DNA of 64,000 nucleotides. It comes from Weeksellaceae bacterium (GTDB lineage: Bacteria > Bacteroidota > Bacteroidia > Flavobacteriales > Weeksellaceae). The stretch lies in assembly GCA_022013695.1 (NCBI GenBank), contig JAKLPS010000022.1, positions 3,809 through 67,808 of the forward strand. Reading direction: 5' to 3'. The notes under the pieces were generated by a model. It saw only the letters and a program-made list of their open reading frames with translations, was not told the DNA's origin and did not search any database. Shown here in pieces: positions 56,403 through 64,000 of this stretch. The position numbers and the translations under genes are program-made. Numbering within the stretch: the first letter of the stretch is position 1; each line of letters opens with the position of its first letter.

Positions 56403-57197
56403 CTATTGTAGATAGGGTCTGATCCAATTTGAGTAGCCCTGAACTTCCCCATAAGTATAATATGATGTTGATATTGCGCCTAAAGAAGCTTGAGGAATTT
56501 TTATGGTAAAATTTTCAAGCAAGGCAGGAATAAGCATTGTTGAATTCTCAGGATGTAAAAAAACAATCTGGTTAGGAATATACCCTATGTCACTAAAGAT
56601 ATCCGGAATATTTATAAGTGCGTATGAAGTAATTGGTTCTGAATCAGTCGACCTGAATATTTGAAATTTTACATTGACGATACCATTAACTTTTCTGAAT
56701 GATACGGATCCTTTTAGTCCTCCATAATTTTTGGTCCCAATGGTATAGTATTTAGAAGCGGTTAAATAATTATTTGTATTTCCATTATAATTAACCGGAG
56801 CGGACCATGTAGAAGTTGCACTAAGAGACGCAGTGCTGGTATGGTCAAATGTTAATAGAATTCTATATTCAGTGGGTTGCTTTTCTTTTGAAAATGTTTG
56901 CCACAAATTGCCATCAAAATAATATAATCCGGGTTCAGTTATTTGAATGACTTGTCCTGATAAATTGGTAGCCGGAGATGTAACAAAGACGACAGTTCCT
57001 TTTTTTGAAGATGAATATGTCTTTGCAGCGAGTTGGTTTCCTGTAATTCGTGGAGGAATAATTCCGTCATAATGATTGACATCATTTGGTTTTCCTACCA
57101 CTTCTAAAGTCGCCTCTGGAGTTTCGGTATTGATGCCGACCTGACCTTGGATTGATACTACTATTAATGCCAGTAGAAGATGACTCAATTTTTTCAT
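56403..57197 (-). CDS. secreted protein, paralog B (same N-module, unrelated C-terminus)
   Basis: 264 aa. The N-terminal ~100 aa are nearly the same as in paralog A: GINTETPEATLEVVGKPNDVNHYDGIIPPRITGNQLAAKTYSS...LYYFDG. Confidence 0.6.
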   Translation of the reverse strand: MKKLSHLLLALIVVSIQGQVGINTETPEATLEVVGKPNDVNHYDGIIPPRITGNQLAAKTYSSSKKGTVVFVTSPATNLSGQVIQITEPGLYYFDGNLWQTFSKEKQPTEYRILLTFDHTSTASLSATSTWSAPVNYNGNTNNYLTASKYYTIGTKNYGGLKGSVSFRKVNGIVNVKFQIFRSTDSEPITSYALINIPDIFSDIGYIPNQIVFLHPENSTMLIPALLENFTIKIPQASLGAISTSYYTYGEVQGYSNWIRPYLQ

Positions 57198-57366
57198 TAG
57201 TATTTTGATTAAAAATTCTGTGACAAAATTGGGCGTTAAAACCTTCTAAAACAATAGTATTCAAGGGGTTTGGGCTAAATAAGAATAATCTGGATTAGTC
57301 TGGAAACTTCCGAAGATTAAAAAAGAATAATCTGGATTAATTTGGATTCTTCAAAATATTAATCGT

Positions 57367-57380
57367 AATATTGCAATATT
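57367..57380. promoter_or_regulatory. perfect 14-bp palindrome upstream of arsR (candidate ArsR operator)
   Basis: AATATTGCAATATT is its own reverse complement and ends 12 nt before the arsR ATG. A related GCAATATTGC lies at 57742-57751. Confidence 0.45.
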
Positions 57381-57391
57381 AAATATTGATA

Positions 57392-57718
57392 ATGGGAGCA
57401 ACTAAGACCGAACATTTTACAGATAAGCAAAATCAAATTGCAATAATTGCAAAAGCATTGGGGCATCCTGCGCGAATAGCGATTATTGAGTATTTGATGA
57501 AAGTTAATGAGTGTATTTGTGGTGACATCGTGAATGAATTACCGTTAGCTCAACCCACCGTCTCTCAGCATTTGAAAGAACTGAAAAATGCAGGGATTAT
57601 AAAAGGTAACATTTCCGGAAACGCTATCTGCTATTGTATAGACGAAAAGACTATCGAAATTCTAAACACTTATTTTTCCGCAATAGTACAAACTGTTACC
57701 AAAGTAAAATGCTGTTAA
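57392..57718 (+). CDS. arsR: ArsR/SmtB-family metalloregulator
   Basis: ALGHPARIAIIEYLMKVNECICGDIVNELPLAQPTVSQHLKELKNAGII contains the wHTH and the CxC metal site. I prefer the ATG at 57392 over the TTG at 57386. Confidence 0.85.
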   Translation: MGATKTEHFTDKQNQIAIIAKALGHPARIAIIEYLMKVNECICGDIVNELPLAQPTVSQHLKELKNAGIIKGNISGNAICYCIDEKTIEILNTYFSAIVQTVTKVKCC

Positions 57719-57774
57719 GCATTTTTTTACTCGTATTTATCGCAATATTGCATTTAGACTATAAAGAATTTATT

Positions 57775-58248
57775 ATGAAATTATCAGAAGTAAAACAAAT
57801 TTTGCCAACATTGGAAAATGTTGAATTTCAATTAGAAAATGGAACTTATGTTCCAGAACATTTTCACGTTACAGAGGTGGGAATGATTACCAAAAACTTT
57901 ATTGATTGTGGCGGTGTCATCCGTTCAGAGAAGGTTGTGAACTTTCAGCTTTGGAATGCAGATGATTTTGAACATCGTTTGAAGCCTAACAAATTGCTCA
58001 ACATTATCAAACTTTCTGAAGATAAATTAGGAATCGAAGATTTTGATATTGAAGTTGAATATCAAAGTGAGACAATCGGTAAATATGATTTAGAATTTAA
58101 CGGGAAAACATTTATTCTAAAAAATAAGACTACAGCTTGTTTAGCTCAGGACGCTTGTGGAATTCCTACGGAAAAAGAAAAGAAAAACTTATCCGAACTT
58201 AATGTAAATCAAAACAATTCTTGCACACCAGGTGGCGGATGTTGCTAA
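57775..58248 (+). CDS. DUF6428-like protein with Cys-rich C-terminus
   Basis: The internal ATG at 57775 gives MKLSEVKQILPTLENVEFQLENGTYVPEHFHVTEVG... and the protein ends in NSCTPGGGCC. Confidence 0.6.
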   Translation: MKLSEVKQILPTLENVEFQLENGTYVPEHFHVTEVGMITKNFIDCGGVIRSEKVVNFQLWNADDFEHRLKPNKLLNIIKLSEDKLGIEDFDIEVEYQSETIGKYDLEFNGKTFILKNKTTACLAQDACGIPTEKEKKNLSELNVNQNNSCTPGGGCC

Positions 58249-58258
58249 TTAAATTGCT

Positions 58259-58750
58259 ATGGAAATAAAGCCGATTACCAAAGATAATTTTTCAGAGTTG
58301 TTAGAAATCTATGGTCAGGGATTAGCTACTAATATTGCCACTTTTCAAAATGACTTGCCAATATGGCAAGAGTGGGATAAAGGACACCTTAATTTCTGCA
58401 GAATCAGTATATATGAAAATAACGAAATGCTTGGTTGGACTGCATTATCTCCTGTCTCCAGCAGATGTGTTTATTCAGGCGTAGCAGAAGTCAGTGTTTA
58501 TGTAGCAACAGATGCAAGAGGAAAAGGTGTTGGTAAAATATTGCTGAATGAATTGATTGAGCAGAGTGAGTCAAATGAAATATGGACATTACAATCCGGG
58601 ATATTTTCAGAAAACCAAGGCAGTATAAAACTACACGAGAGATGTGGTTTTAGAATCGTTGGCTACAGGGAAAAAATTGGAAAGAAGAATGGGGTTTGGA
58701 AGGACAATATATTGATGGAGTACAGAAGTAAGATTGTCGGAATAGATTAA
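58259..58750 (+). CDS. GNAT N-acetyltransferase (PAT/ArsN1-like)
   Basis: 163 aa with DARGKGVGKILL (acetyl-CoA motif), located in the ars operon. Confidence 0.7.
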   Translation: MEIKPITKDNFSELLEIYGQGLATNIATFQNDLPIWQEWDKGHLNFCRISIYENNEMLGWTALSPVSSRCVYSGVAEVSVYVATDARGKGVGKILLNELIEQSESNEIWTLQSGIFSENQGSIKLHERCGFRIVGYREKIGKKNGVWKDNILMEYRSKIVGID

Positions 58751-58777
58751 AAATAAAAATTATAAAATCAATAAAAA

Positions 58778-59551
58778 ATGAAAATTGCATTATTCAGCGA
58801 CATTCACGCTAATCTCCCTGCATTAGAAGCATTCTTTGCAGATGTTGAAAAAAGAAATCCCGACAGCATTTATTGTTTGGGAGATTTAGTTGGTTACAAT
58901 ATTTGGCCAAACGAAGTGGTCAATGAAATCCGTAAAAGAAAAATACCAACTATTGCTGGCAACTACGATTTTGGCATTGGGAGAATGAGTAATGAATGCG
59001 GTTGCGCCTACAAAACAGACGCTGAGAAGGACAACGGAAACATTTCCATTTCTTTTACTAATTCGTTGATGAAAGATGACGAACGTGCTTACCTGCGTAC
59101 CCTTCCAGCACATATAAAAGTAGAATTTCAATTGAATGAAGACAAGCTAAACCTGCTTTTGGTACACGGGAGTCCCAGAAAAATAAATGAATATCTTTTC
59201 GAAGACCGTGAAGAAAAAAGTATGCTCCGTATTATGGAACAGGCTGACGCTGACATTATGTGTTTCGGACATACCCACAAGCCTTATCACAGAGTTTTAA
59301 ATTCGGGTATTGATGGACAGGATCATTTTCGTCACGCCGTAAATATCGGTTCGGTTGGGAAGCCGAAAGACAATGATATCAGAGGTGGTTATGTGATGTT
59401 GACAGTTGATGAAAACAGTTCTGTCTTGAACAAAGAAAGCATCAGTGTAGAATTTATCCGTTTTGACTATGACTTTGAAAAGGCAGCAAAGGCAGTGGAA
59501 GACAGCCCTCTTCCAAACGAGTATGCAGAAAATCTAAGACGTGGCTATTAA
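58778..59551 (+). CDS. metallophosphoesterase (calcineurin-like)
   Basis: 257 aa with FSDIHAN, GDLVGYN, GNYD and GHTHKP motifs. Confidence 0.85.
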   Translation: MKIALFSDIHANLPALEAFFADVEKRNPDSIYCLGDLVGYNIWPNEVVNEIRKRKIPTIAGNYDFGIGRMSNECGCAYKTDAEKDNGNISISFTNSLMKDDERAYLRTLPAHIKVEFQLNEDKLNLLLVHGSPRKINEYLFEDREEKSMLRIMEQADADIMCFGHTHKPYHRVLNSGIDGQDHFRHAVNIGSVGKPKDNDIRGGYVMLTVDENSSVLNKESISVEFIRFDYDFEKAAKAVEDSPLPNEYAENLRRGY

Positions 59552-59569
59552 TCTTCAAAAATCTAAAAA

Positions 59570-59947
59570 ATGGAACTTTTAAAAGATTTATATTATTCTA
59601 AAGAACATACTTGGGTTCGTATTGAGAACAAAATTGCAACTGTCGGTATTACACCATTTGCTCAAAAGGAATTGGGAGAAATCGTATATGTTGACTTACC
59701 GAATGTTAATCATAACTTCAAACAAGACGAAGTATTTGGTTCTGTAGAAGCCATTAAAACTGTCAGCGACCTATTTATGCCTCTTTCAGGGAAAATAATT
59801 GAAACCAATGAGCAACTTTTAAAAGAGCCAACGCTTGTAAATTCTAATCCATTTGATAATGGCTGGATGGTGAAAATTGAAATTGAAGACCTAAGAGAAA
59901 CTGAAAATTTATTAACAGCGGAACAATACGCTCAACTACATAATTAG
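59570..59947 (+). CDS. glycine-cleavage H-protein-like lipoyl carrier
   Basis: 125 aa. YSKEHTWVR...ATVGITPFAQKELGEIVYVDLP...FGSVEAIKTVSDLFMPLSGKIIE retains the lipoyl-lysine position (EAIK). Confidence 0.8.
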   Translation: MELLKDLYYSKEHTWVRIENKIATVGITPFAQKELGEIVYVDLPNVNHNFKQDEVFGSVEAIKTVSDLFMPLSGKIIETNEQLLKEPTLVNSNPFDNGWMVKIEIEDLRETENLLTAEQYAQLHN

Positions 59948-59950
59948 AAG

Positions 59951-60982
59951 ATGCAACCAAAATTAAAATTCCTCGACCGCTTTCTTACCCTATGGATTTT
60001 TTTAGCAATGCTTTTGGGCGTTGGGTTAGGATATTTCTTTCCTAATATTTCTACTGTCACAAATTCTTTGTCTGTCGGAACAACTAATATTCCCCTAGCA
60101 ATAGGCTTAATTTTAATGATGTATCCGCCTTTGGCAAAAGTGGATTATACTCTATTACCAATGGCTTTTAAAGACAAAAAAGTAATGTCGGTATCATTAC
60201 TACTCAATTGGATTATCAGCCCTATTTTAATGTTTGTATTAGCTATCATTTTTCTAAGAGATGAGCCAGACTATATGATTGGTCTAATTTTGATCGGTCT
60301 TGCAAGATGTATTGCAATGGTAATTGTCTGGAACGATTTAGCAAAAGGTAATCGGGAGTACGCCGCTCTGCTAATCGCATTAAACAGTATTTTCCAATTG
60401 GTATTTTATAGTTTTTATGTTTGGCTTTTCATAAATGTACTACCACAAAAACTAGGATTAGGAAATTTTAACGTTGCTGTACCAATGAAAGATGTTGCCG
60501 AGAGTGTATTCATTTATTTAGGAATCCCATTTATTGCAGGATTTGTGAGCCGTTACTTCTTGATTAAATTAAAAGGAAAAGAGTGGTTCAATAGAAAATT
60601 CATTCCAGCTATTTCACCTATTACTTTGTATGCTTTGCTGTTTACCATAGTATTGATGTTCAGTTTGAAGGGAGACAAAATTTTAGAGTTACCAATGGAC
60701 GTTGTTAAAGTTGCCATTCCATTAGTAATATACTTTGTTCTTACATTCTTCATCAGCTTTTTCATTAGTAAGGCATTGAAAGTACCTTACGACAAAAATG
60801 CATCGATTGCATTTACAGCCACTGGAAATAATTTCGAATTAGCTATTGCCGTAGCTATAGCAGTTTTTGGAATCCATTCTTCACAAGCATTTGTTGGGGT
60901 CATTGGCCCTCTTGTGGAAGTGCCTGTTTTGATTTTATTGGTCAGGGTTAGTTTATGGTTAAAAAGAAAATACTATTCTTAA
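59951..60982 (+). CDS. acr3: ACR3-family arsenite efflux permease
   Basis: 343 aa and polytopic, with [11 protein letters not shown] (conserved Cys) and the [10 protein letters not shown] segment. Confidence 0.9.
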   Translation: MQPKLKFLDRFLTLWIFLAMLLGVGLGYFFPNISTVTNSLSVGTTNIPLAIGLILMMYPPLAKVDYTLLPMAFKDKKVMSVSLLLNWIISPILMFVLAIIFLRDEPDYMIGLILIGLARCIAMVIVWNDLAKGNREYAALLIALNSIFQLVFYSFYVWLFINVLPQKLGLGNFNVAVPMKDVAESVFIYLGIPFIAGFVSRYFLIKLKGKEWFNRKFIPAISPITLYALLFTIVLMFSLKGDKILELPMDVVKVAIPLVIYFVLTFFISFFISKALKVPYDKNASIAFTATGNNFELAIAVAIAVFGIHSSQAFVGVIGPLVEVPVLILLVRVSLWLKRKYYS

Positions 60983-61296
60983 ACAAAATATTACCTGAAA
61001 CTCTAAAAAACAAGTTCCGCAGTTTTTTCCCCTTTTTGCAAAAAAGGCAAGATCGTCTTTGGATATCAAACTTAAAAAGTTTGTATATACAAAGACACAT
61101 CTTGCTCAAAAAAGCCTCTTATTTTTCGGAGTTCTGAAAAATAATTTATAGTATTGATAATCAGTAAGTTTTATTCTTTTATTGTTTTTATTGGGAAAGT
61201 ATAGAAGTGAAGCCTTTAAGTATGAAAGAAAAATACTAATTGCTTGTAAAGTGAGAATTTAGCTATAGTATTGTAAATCAAATTGTAATGATTTTC

Positions 61297-61731
61297 ACCT
61301 GTACTTATTTTACGCAGGTGACCTGTATCTAATGTACGCAGGTATAGGATTGCACCTATATTGATATTACGCAGGTTTGATGATTGACATTATCCTATTT
61401 TATACAAATGACCTGCACCTGATTTACGCAGGTATAGGATTGCACCTGTATTGATATTACGTAGGTTTGAAGATTGATATTGTCCTATTTTATATAGATG
61501 ACCTGTACCTAAGTTACGCACGTATGAACTCCAGCTGTAGGTATTTTACGCAGGTTTCATGATTGGCAAAATCTTTTTTATGCAGGTAACCTGTATCTGA
61601 TTTACGCAGGTATGAACTCCAGCTGCATGTATTTTACGCAGGTTTCATGATTGGCAAAATCCCTTTTATGCAGGTAACCTGTATCTGATTTACGCAGGTA
61701 TGAATTCCACCTGTATTCGTATTACGCACGT
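61297..61731. repeat. array of eleven 23-bp dyad sites (ACCTG-N13-CAGGT, right half TTACGCAGGT) in about five tandem 88-90-bp units
   Basis: Site starts are 61297, 61321, 61354, 61411, 61444, 61501, 61533, 61589, 61621, 61677 and 61709. Sites occur in pairs 32-33 bp apart, and the pairs recur every 88-90 bp. Extra half-sites tatgcaggt lie at 61579-61587 and 61667-61675. Confidence 0.9.
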
Positions 61732-61912
61732 ATGAAGTCTAGCTTTATATATTTTTTCGCATATTCGTTAAGTTGCATTGCCCTATAACGAACATGAATA
61801 ATTTATTGCACAACGACTATAACCTACTCGGAAAGAAAGCCAATTGCCATAAAAGGCATAAAAAAAGAGATTAATTTCAGCAATGCGAAAAGATTGTATT
61901 TTGAGAAAGGTT

Positions 61913-62584
61913 TTAATTTACAATAACCCATAAATGGGTCAAATCAACATCACCATTTTCCCTATGAGCGGTAGATCCTAAATAGCTAAAATCTGCATTA
62001 GATTCTAATTCCGATAAAAATTCATCATTTTTCCAATTCTTGTCAGTTTGTGCCAATTCCTTAATCCACTGGTTTATTGTAGTCATCCAATGGTTAGAAT
62101 TTTCCTTTTCTACAAAACCTAGCAAACCACATTCATTTATACCTTTGCCGTGTTTTTCAGTTTTATACCTCTCTATTCCCCCATTATTATTATCACCGAT
62201 AACATATTCTTTTTCTCTTGATTTTTCAGGAGAAGGCAAGCGTTTACTTTCTACCGAAAAAAGAGATGAAGTTGAAACATTTTGTTCATTTGGATAAAAA
62301 TAAAAATCTGAAAAACCTTTGCTTAAATTTGTAATATCCCGGTATTGTCCATTAATATTAAATGGATAATCGTATTTTCTTATTAGGATTTGAGCTTGCT
62401 CGATATATATTTGTGTAAAATCGTCTTCATTCAATTTTCTCTTTTGGTAGAAATCAGAAACTACATATGACTTGAAATGTGGTACAACAGACTTCATCAG
62501 TTTACTAATAAGTAAAATAATATTAGTATTTGGAATACTAATCTGAGGATTGGATTTATTATATAAATTTTCCTCTGCTATCAT
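61913..62584 (-). CDS. hypothetical protein, possible PD-(D/E)xK nuclease
   Basis: 223 aa. SDFYFYPNE...SLFSVESKRL fits a D...ExK pattern. It overlaps the upstream methyltransferase-like ORF by 4 nt. Confidence 0.4.
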   Translation of the reverse strand: MIAEENLYNKSNPQISIPNTNIILLISKLMKSVVPHFKSYVVSDFYQKRKLNEDDFTQIYIEQAQILIRKYDYPFNINGQYRDITNLSKGFSDFYFYPNEQNVSTSSLFSVESKRLPSPEKSREKEYVIGDNNNGGIERYKTEKHGKGINECGLLGFVEKENSNHWMTTINQWIKELAQTDKNWKNDEFLSELESNADFSYLGSTAHRENGDVDLTHLWVIVN

Positions 62585-64000
62585 TCTTTTGTCAAATTTG
62601 AAAGGTCAGAGAAACATTTATCCGCATCACGATATGCTGTTGAAGAAAGCCAGTACCTGTATTGATTAGGTTTCACAAAAACAACAGTATCTTTTTGAGG
62701 ATATAATTTTATTATTCTATTTACGGAGAGATGTGCAGAAATTTCGTTATTTGTAAGTCCTTCAATATTTAGTGCAGAAAAGTCTTTACTGAAATTCGGT
62801 TCTGTATTTTCGTTGTCGTACTTGAAGACAGTTGCAATTAATGAGTTTTCAAGTTGAATAACATCAGACAATCTGAATTTACGATTATTATCTTCATAGA
62901 TTGTATTTAATGCTCGTGAAAATTCAGTTCCATAATTACCTATAATTTTTTTAATATTTTCATCTCCTCTAATTTTGCTTATAGCTTTTGAATTTTCACC
63001 GCGTCTAAGAAAATCCTGCGTATAGTTATTGACATCATTTATTGTATTGATATCAAATGAAGATAAAGGAAAATCAAAAAAAGGCAAAAACATTAAATCT
63101 TTTTTCAATAATGCCGTATTAAGATTAATAAGCACCTGTCCGCTACAAGAAAAAATCAAAAATCTGAATAATTCGTTTTTATTATCGAATGTTTCCTTTA
63201 TTTGGTGTAGTACTTCTATTGATCCAGAAATGCCAATAATTTTATGTTGGAAAGAAAAATCATAGTTGTTTAGGTGAATTGGAATTTTTACCTGACCTGT
63301 ATTTTCTTTGATTAAAATATTAGGAGCTTTAAATATTAATTCGTTTGGAATTTTCTCAAATTTTTGATTTCTTGGAATATCCTTTAATGACTCTATAATT
63401 ATTTCATTTTCATTTATAGCTTCTGTTGGAAGAGTTTTTAACGAGTAAATAAATTCAGGATTCAAATTCCCATTTGAACCTATTTTAAAACCTTCTCCAA
63501 AAACACAATCGTTTTCCTTAAGAAATTCTTCGAAAGATTTACAATTATTTGCTTTCTCTACAAGATTTTTTATTCTTCCACCTCCGAGTAAGTTAATTTT
63601 CCAAATAAACTGATTATTAATAGCTGCTTGCCGGTTTACAAAATGTAAATCATAATCATCTATTTCGAAAACAATTCTTTCCTTGGTTGCCTTAGTCCTT
63701 CTAAATGTTAAGTGTAAAATATTTTTACTAAAATCTGGTTTTTCATTTTTGATAAATATAGCTGCCGAACCGACTCTTGCTCCATTATCCCACAGAGATT
63801 TACCTTCAGCTAAGGCAGTAAAATCTAAAATTTGAACTGCATTGTAGTTTGAAAACAAAACTTTCTTGTAATCATTGGAAGTACTATTATATAATAAGCC
63901 AGATGATTTAATGATCAAACAAACCAATCCTCTATCTTTTAAAAAACTAAATGATTCCGAAAGAAACTTTAAAGCAATTTGTCCTTGTGGAATTTTTGTT
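62581..64000 (-). CDS. C-terminal part of a large DNA methyltransferase-like protein (start beyond window)
   Basis: The frame stays open past the listed Met to the window end (...KIPQGQIALKFLSESFSFLKDRGLVCLIIKSSGLLYN...), which resembles the post-NPPY region of N6-MTases. A long specificity-like domain follows. Confidence 0.5.
   Translation of the reverse strand, partial: TKIPQGQIALKFLSESFSFLKDRGLVCLIIKSSGLLYNSTSNDYKKVLFSNYNAVQILDFTALAEGKSLWDNGARVGSAAIFIKNEKPDFSKNILHLTFRRTKATKERIVFEIDDYDLHFVNRQAAINNQFIWKINLLGGGRIKNLVEKANNCKSFEEFLKENDCVFGEGFKIGSNGNLNPEFIYSLKTLPTEAINENEIIIESLKDIPRNQKFEKIPNELIFKAPNILIKENTGQVKIPIHLNNYDFSFQHKIIGISGSIEVLHQIKETFDNKNELFRFLIFSCSGQVLINLNTALLKKDLMFLPFFDFPLSSFDINTINDVNNYTQDFLRRGENSKAISKIRGDENIKKIIGNYGTEFSRALNTIYEDNNRKFRLSDVIQLENSLIATVFKYDNENTEPNFSKDFSALNIEGLTNNEISAHLSVNRIIKLYPQKDTVVFVKPNQYRYWLSSTAYRDADKCFSDLSNLTKE

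Larger units (their letters stand above)
19735..64000. mobile_element. Bacteroidota-type integrative conjugative element (left junction in window, right end beyond window)
   Basis: Contains a relaxase, MobC-like protein, ParA-like ATPase, traE/F/G/J/K/M/N homologs, a T4SS coupling protein, an M23 hydrolase and a polyvalent MTase-helicase. Cargo is copper, arsenic and R-M-like modules. A tRNA-fragment junction sits at the left end. No integrase is visible in the window. Confidence 0.75.

Noticed and set aside
61297-61731. Possible CRISPR array, given the regularly spaced short repeats.
   Set aside because: The intervening sequences are themselves repeated as whole 88-90-bp units. The repeat is a 23-bp dyad with alternating spacings of 32-33 and 56-57 bp between site starts rather than one constant period, and no cas genes are nearby. 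I reported it as an iteron or centromere-like array instead.

Overview
The window comes from a Flavobacteriia-type Bacteroidota chromosome, judged by gldB/gldC, porT, T9SS C-terminal sorting domains and Bacteroidota-type tra genes. It has three parts.

(1) 1-16.2 kb is ordinary core genome. It holds a serA-like dehydrogenase (partial), an APC permease, pheA, a PLP-dependent Cys/Met enzyme, gldC-gldB, nadE, ribD, ubiE-porT, zapA, a 6S-like structured RNA candidate and rny.

(2) 16.2-19.7 kb holds a 5-prime-truncated gamma-glutamyltransferase remnant and two T9SS-secreted proteins that share one sorting domain.

(3) From about 19.74 kb to the window end the sequence looks more AT-rich by eye and reads as an integrative conjugative element (ICE). 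Its left junction is a 19-nt tRNA 3-prime-end fragment. No integrase lies in the window, so the right end is beyond 64 kb.

ICE content, left to right:
- a decayed response regulator
- a copper cluster: a three-module multicopper oxidase, a His-rich CPH-type P-type ATPase, a haem-binding-domain protein, two DUF3347-like proteins, a DUF305-like protein and a Cys-rich small protein
- a co-directional minus-strand gene train of about 26 kb (28.5-54.8 kb): a 1737-aa Toprim-like/N6-MTase/SNF2-helicase polyvalent protein, an M23 peptidase, a T4SS coupling protein, traN-M-L-K-J, four related secreted proteins, traG (VirB4-type), traF, traE, a ParA-like ATPase, a relaxase and a MobC-like protein
- two surface-fibre-like paralogs
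- a plus-strand ars operon: arsR, a DUF6428-like protein, an ArsN-like GNAT, a metallophosphoesterase, a GcvH-like lipoyl protein and acr3
- an array of eleven 23-bp dyad sites
- an R-M-like pair that runs off the window

The most unusual observations are:
- a DnaJ-type J-domain (HPD motif) embedded inside the TraG/VirB4 ATPase
- an in-frame TAA that splits the same traG
- the sopC-like phased dyad array
- a lipoyl-carrier (GcvH-like) gene translationally coupled to acr3

All functional calls rest on my reading of the translated sequences and motifs. No database search was possible.
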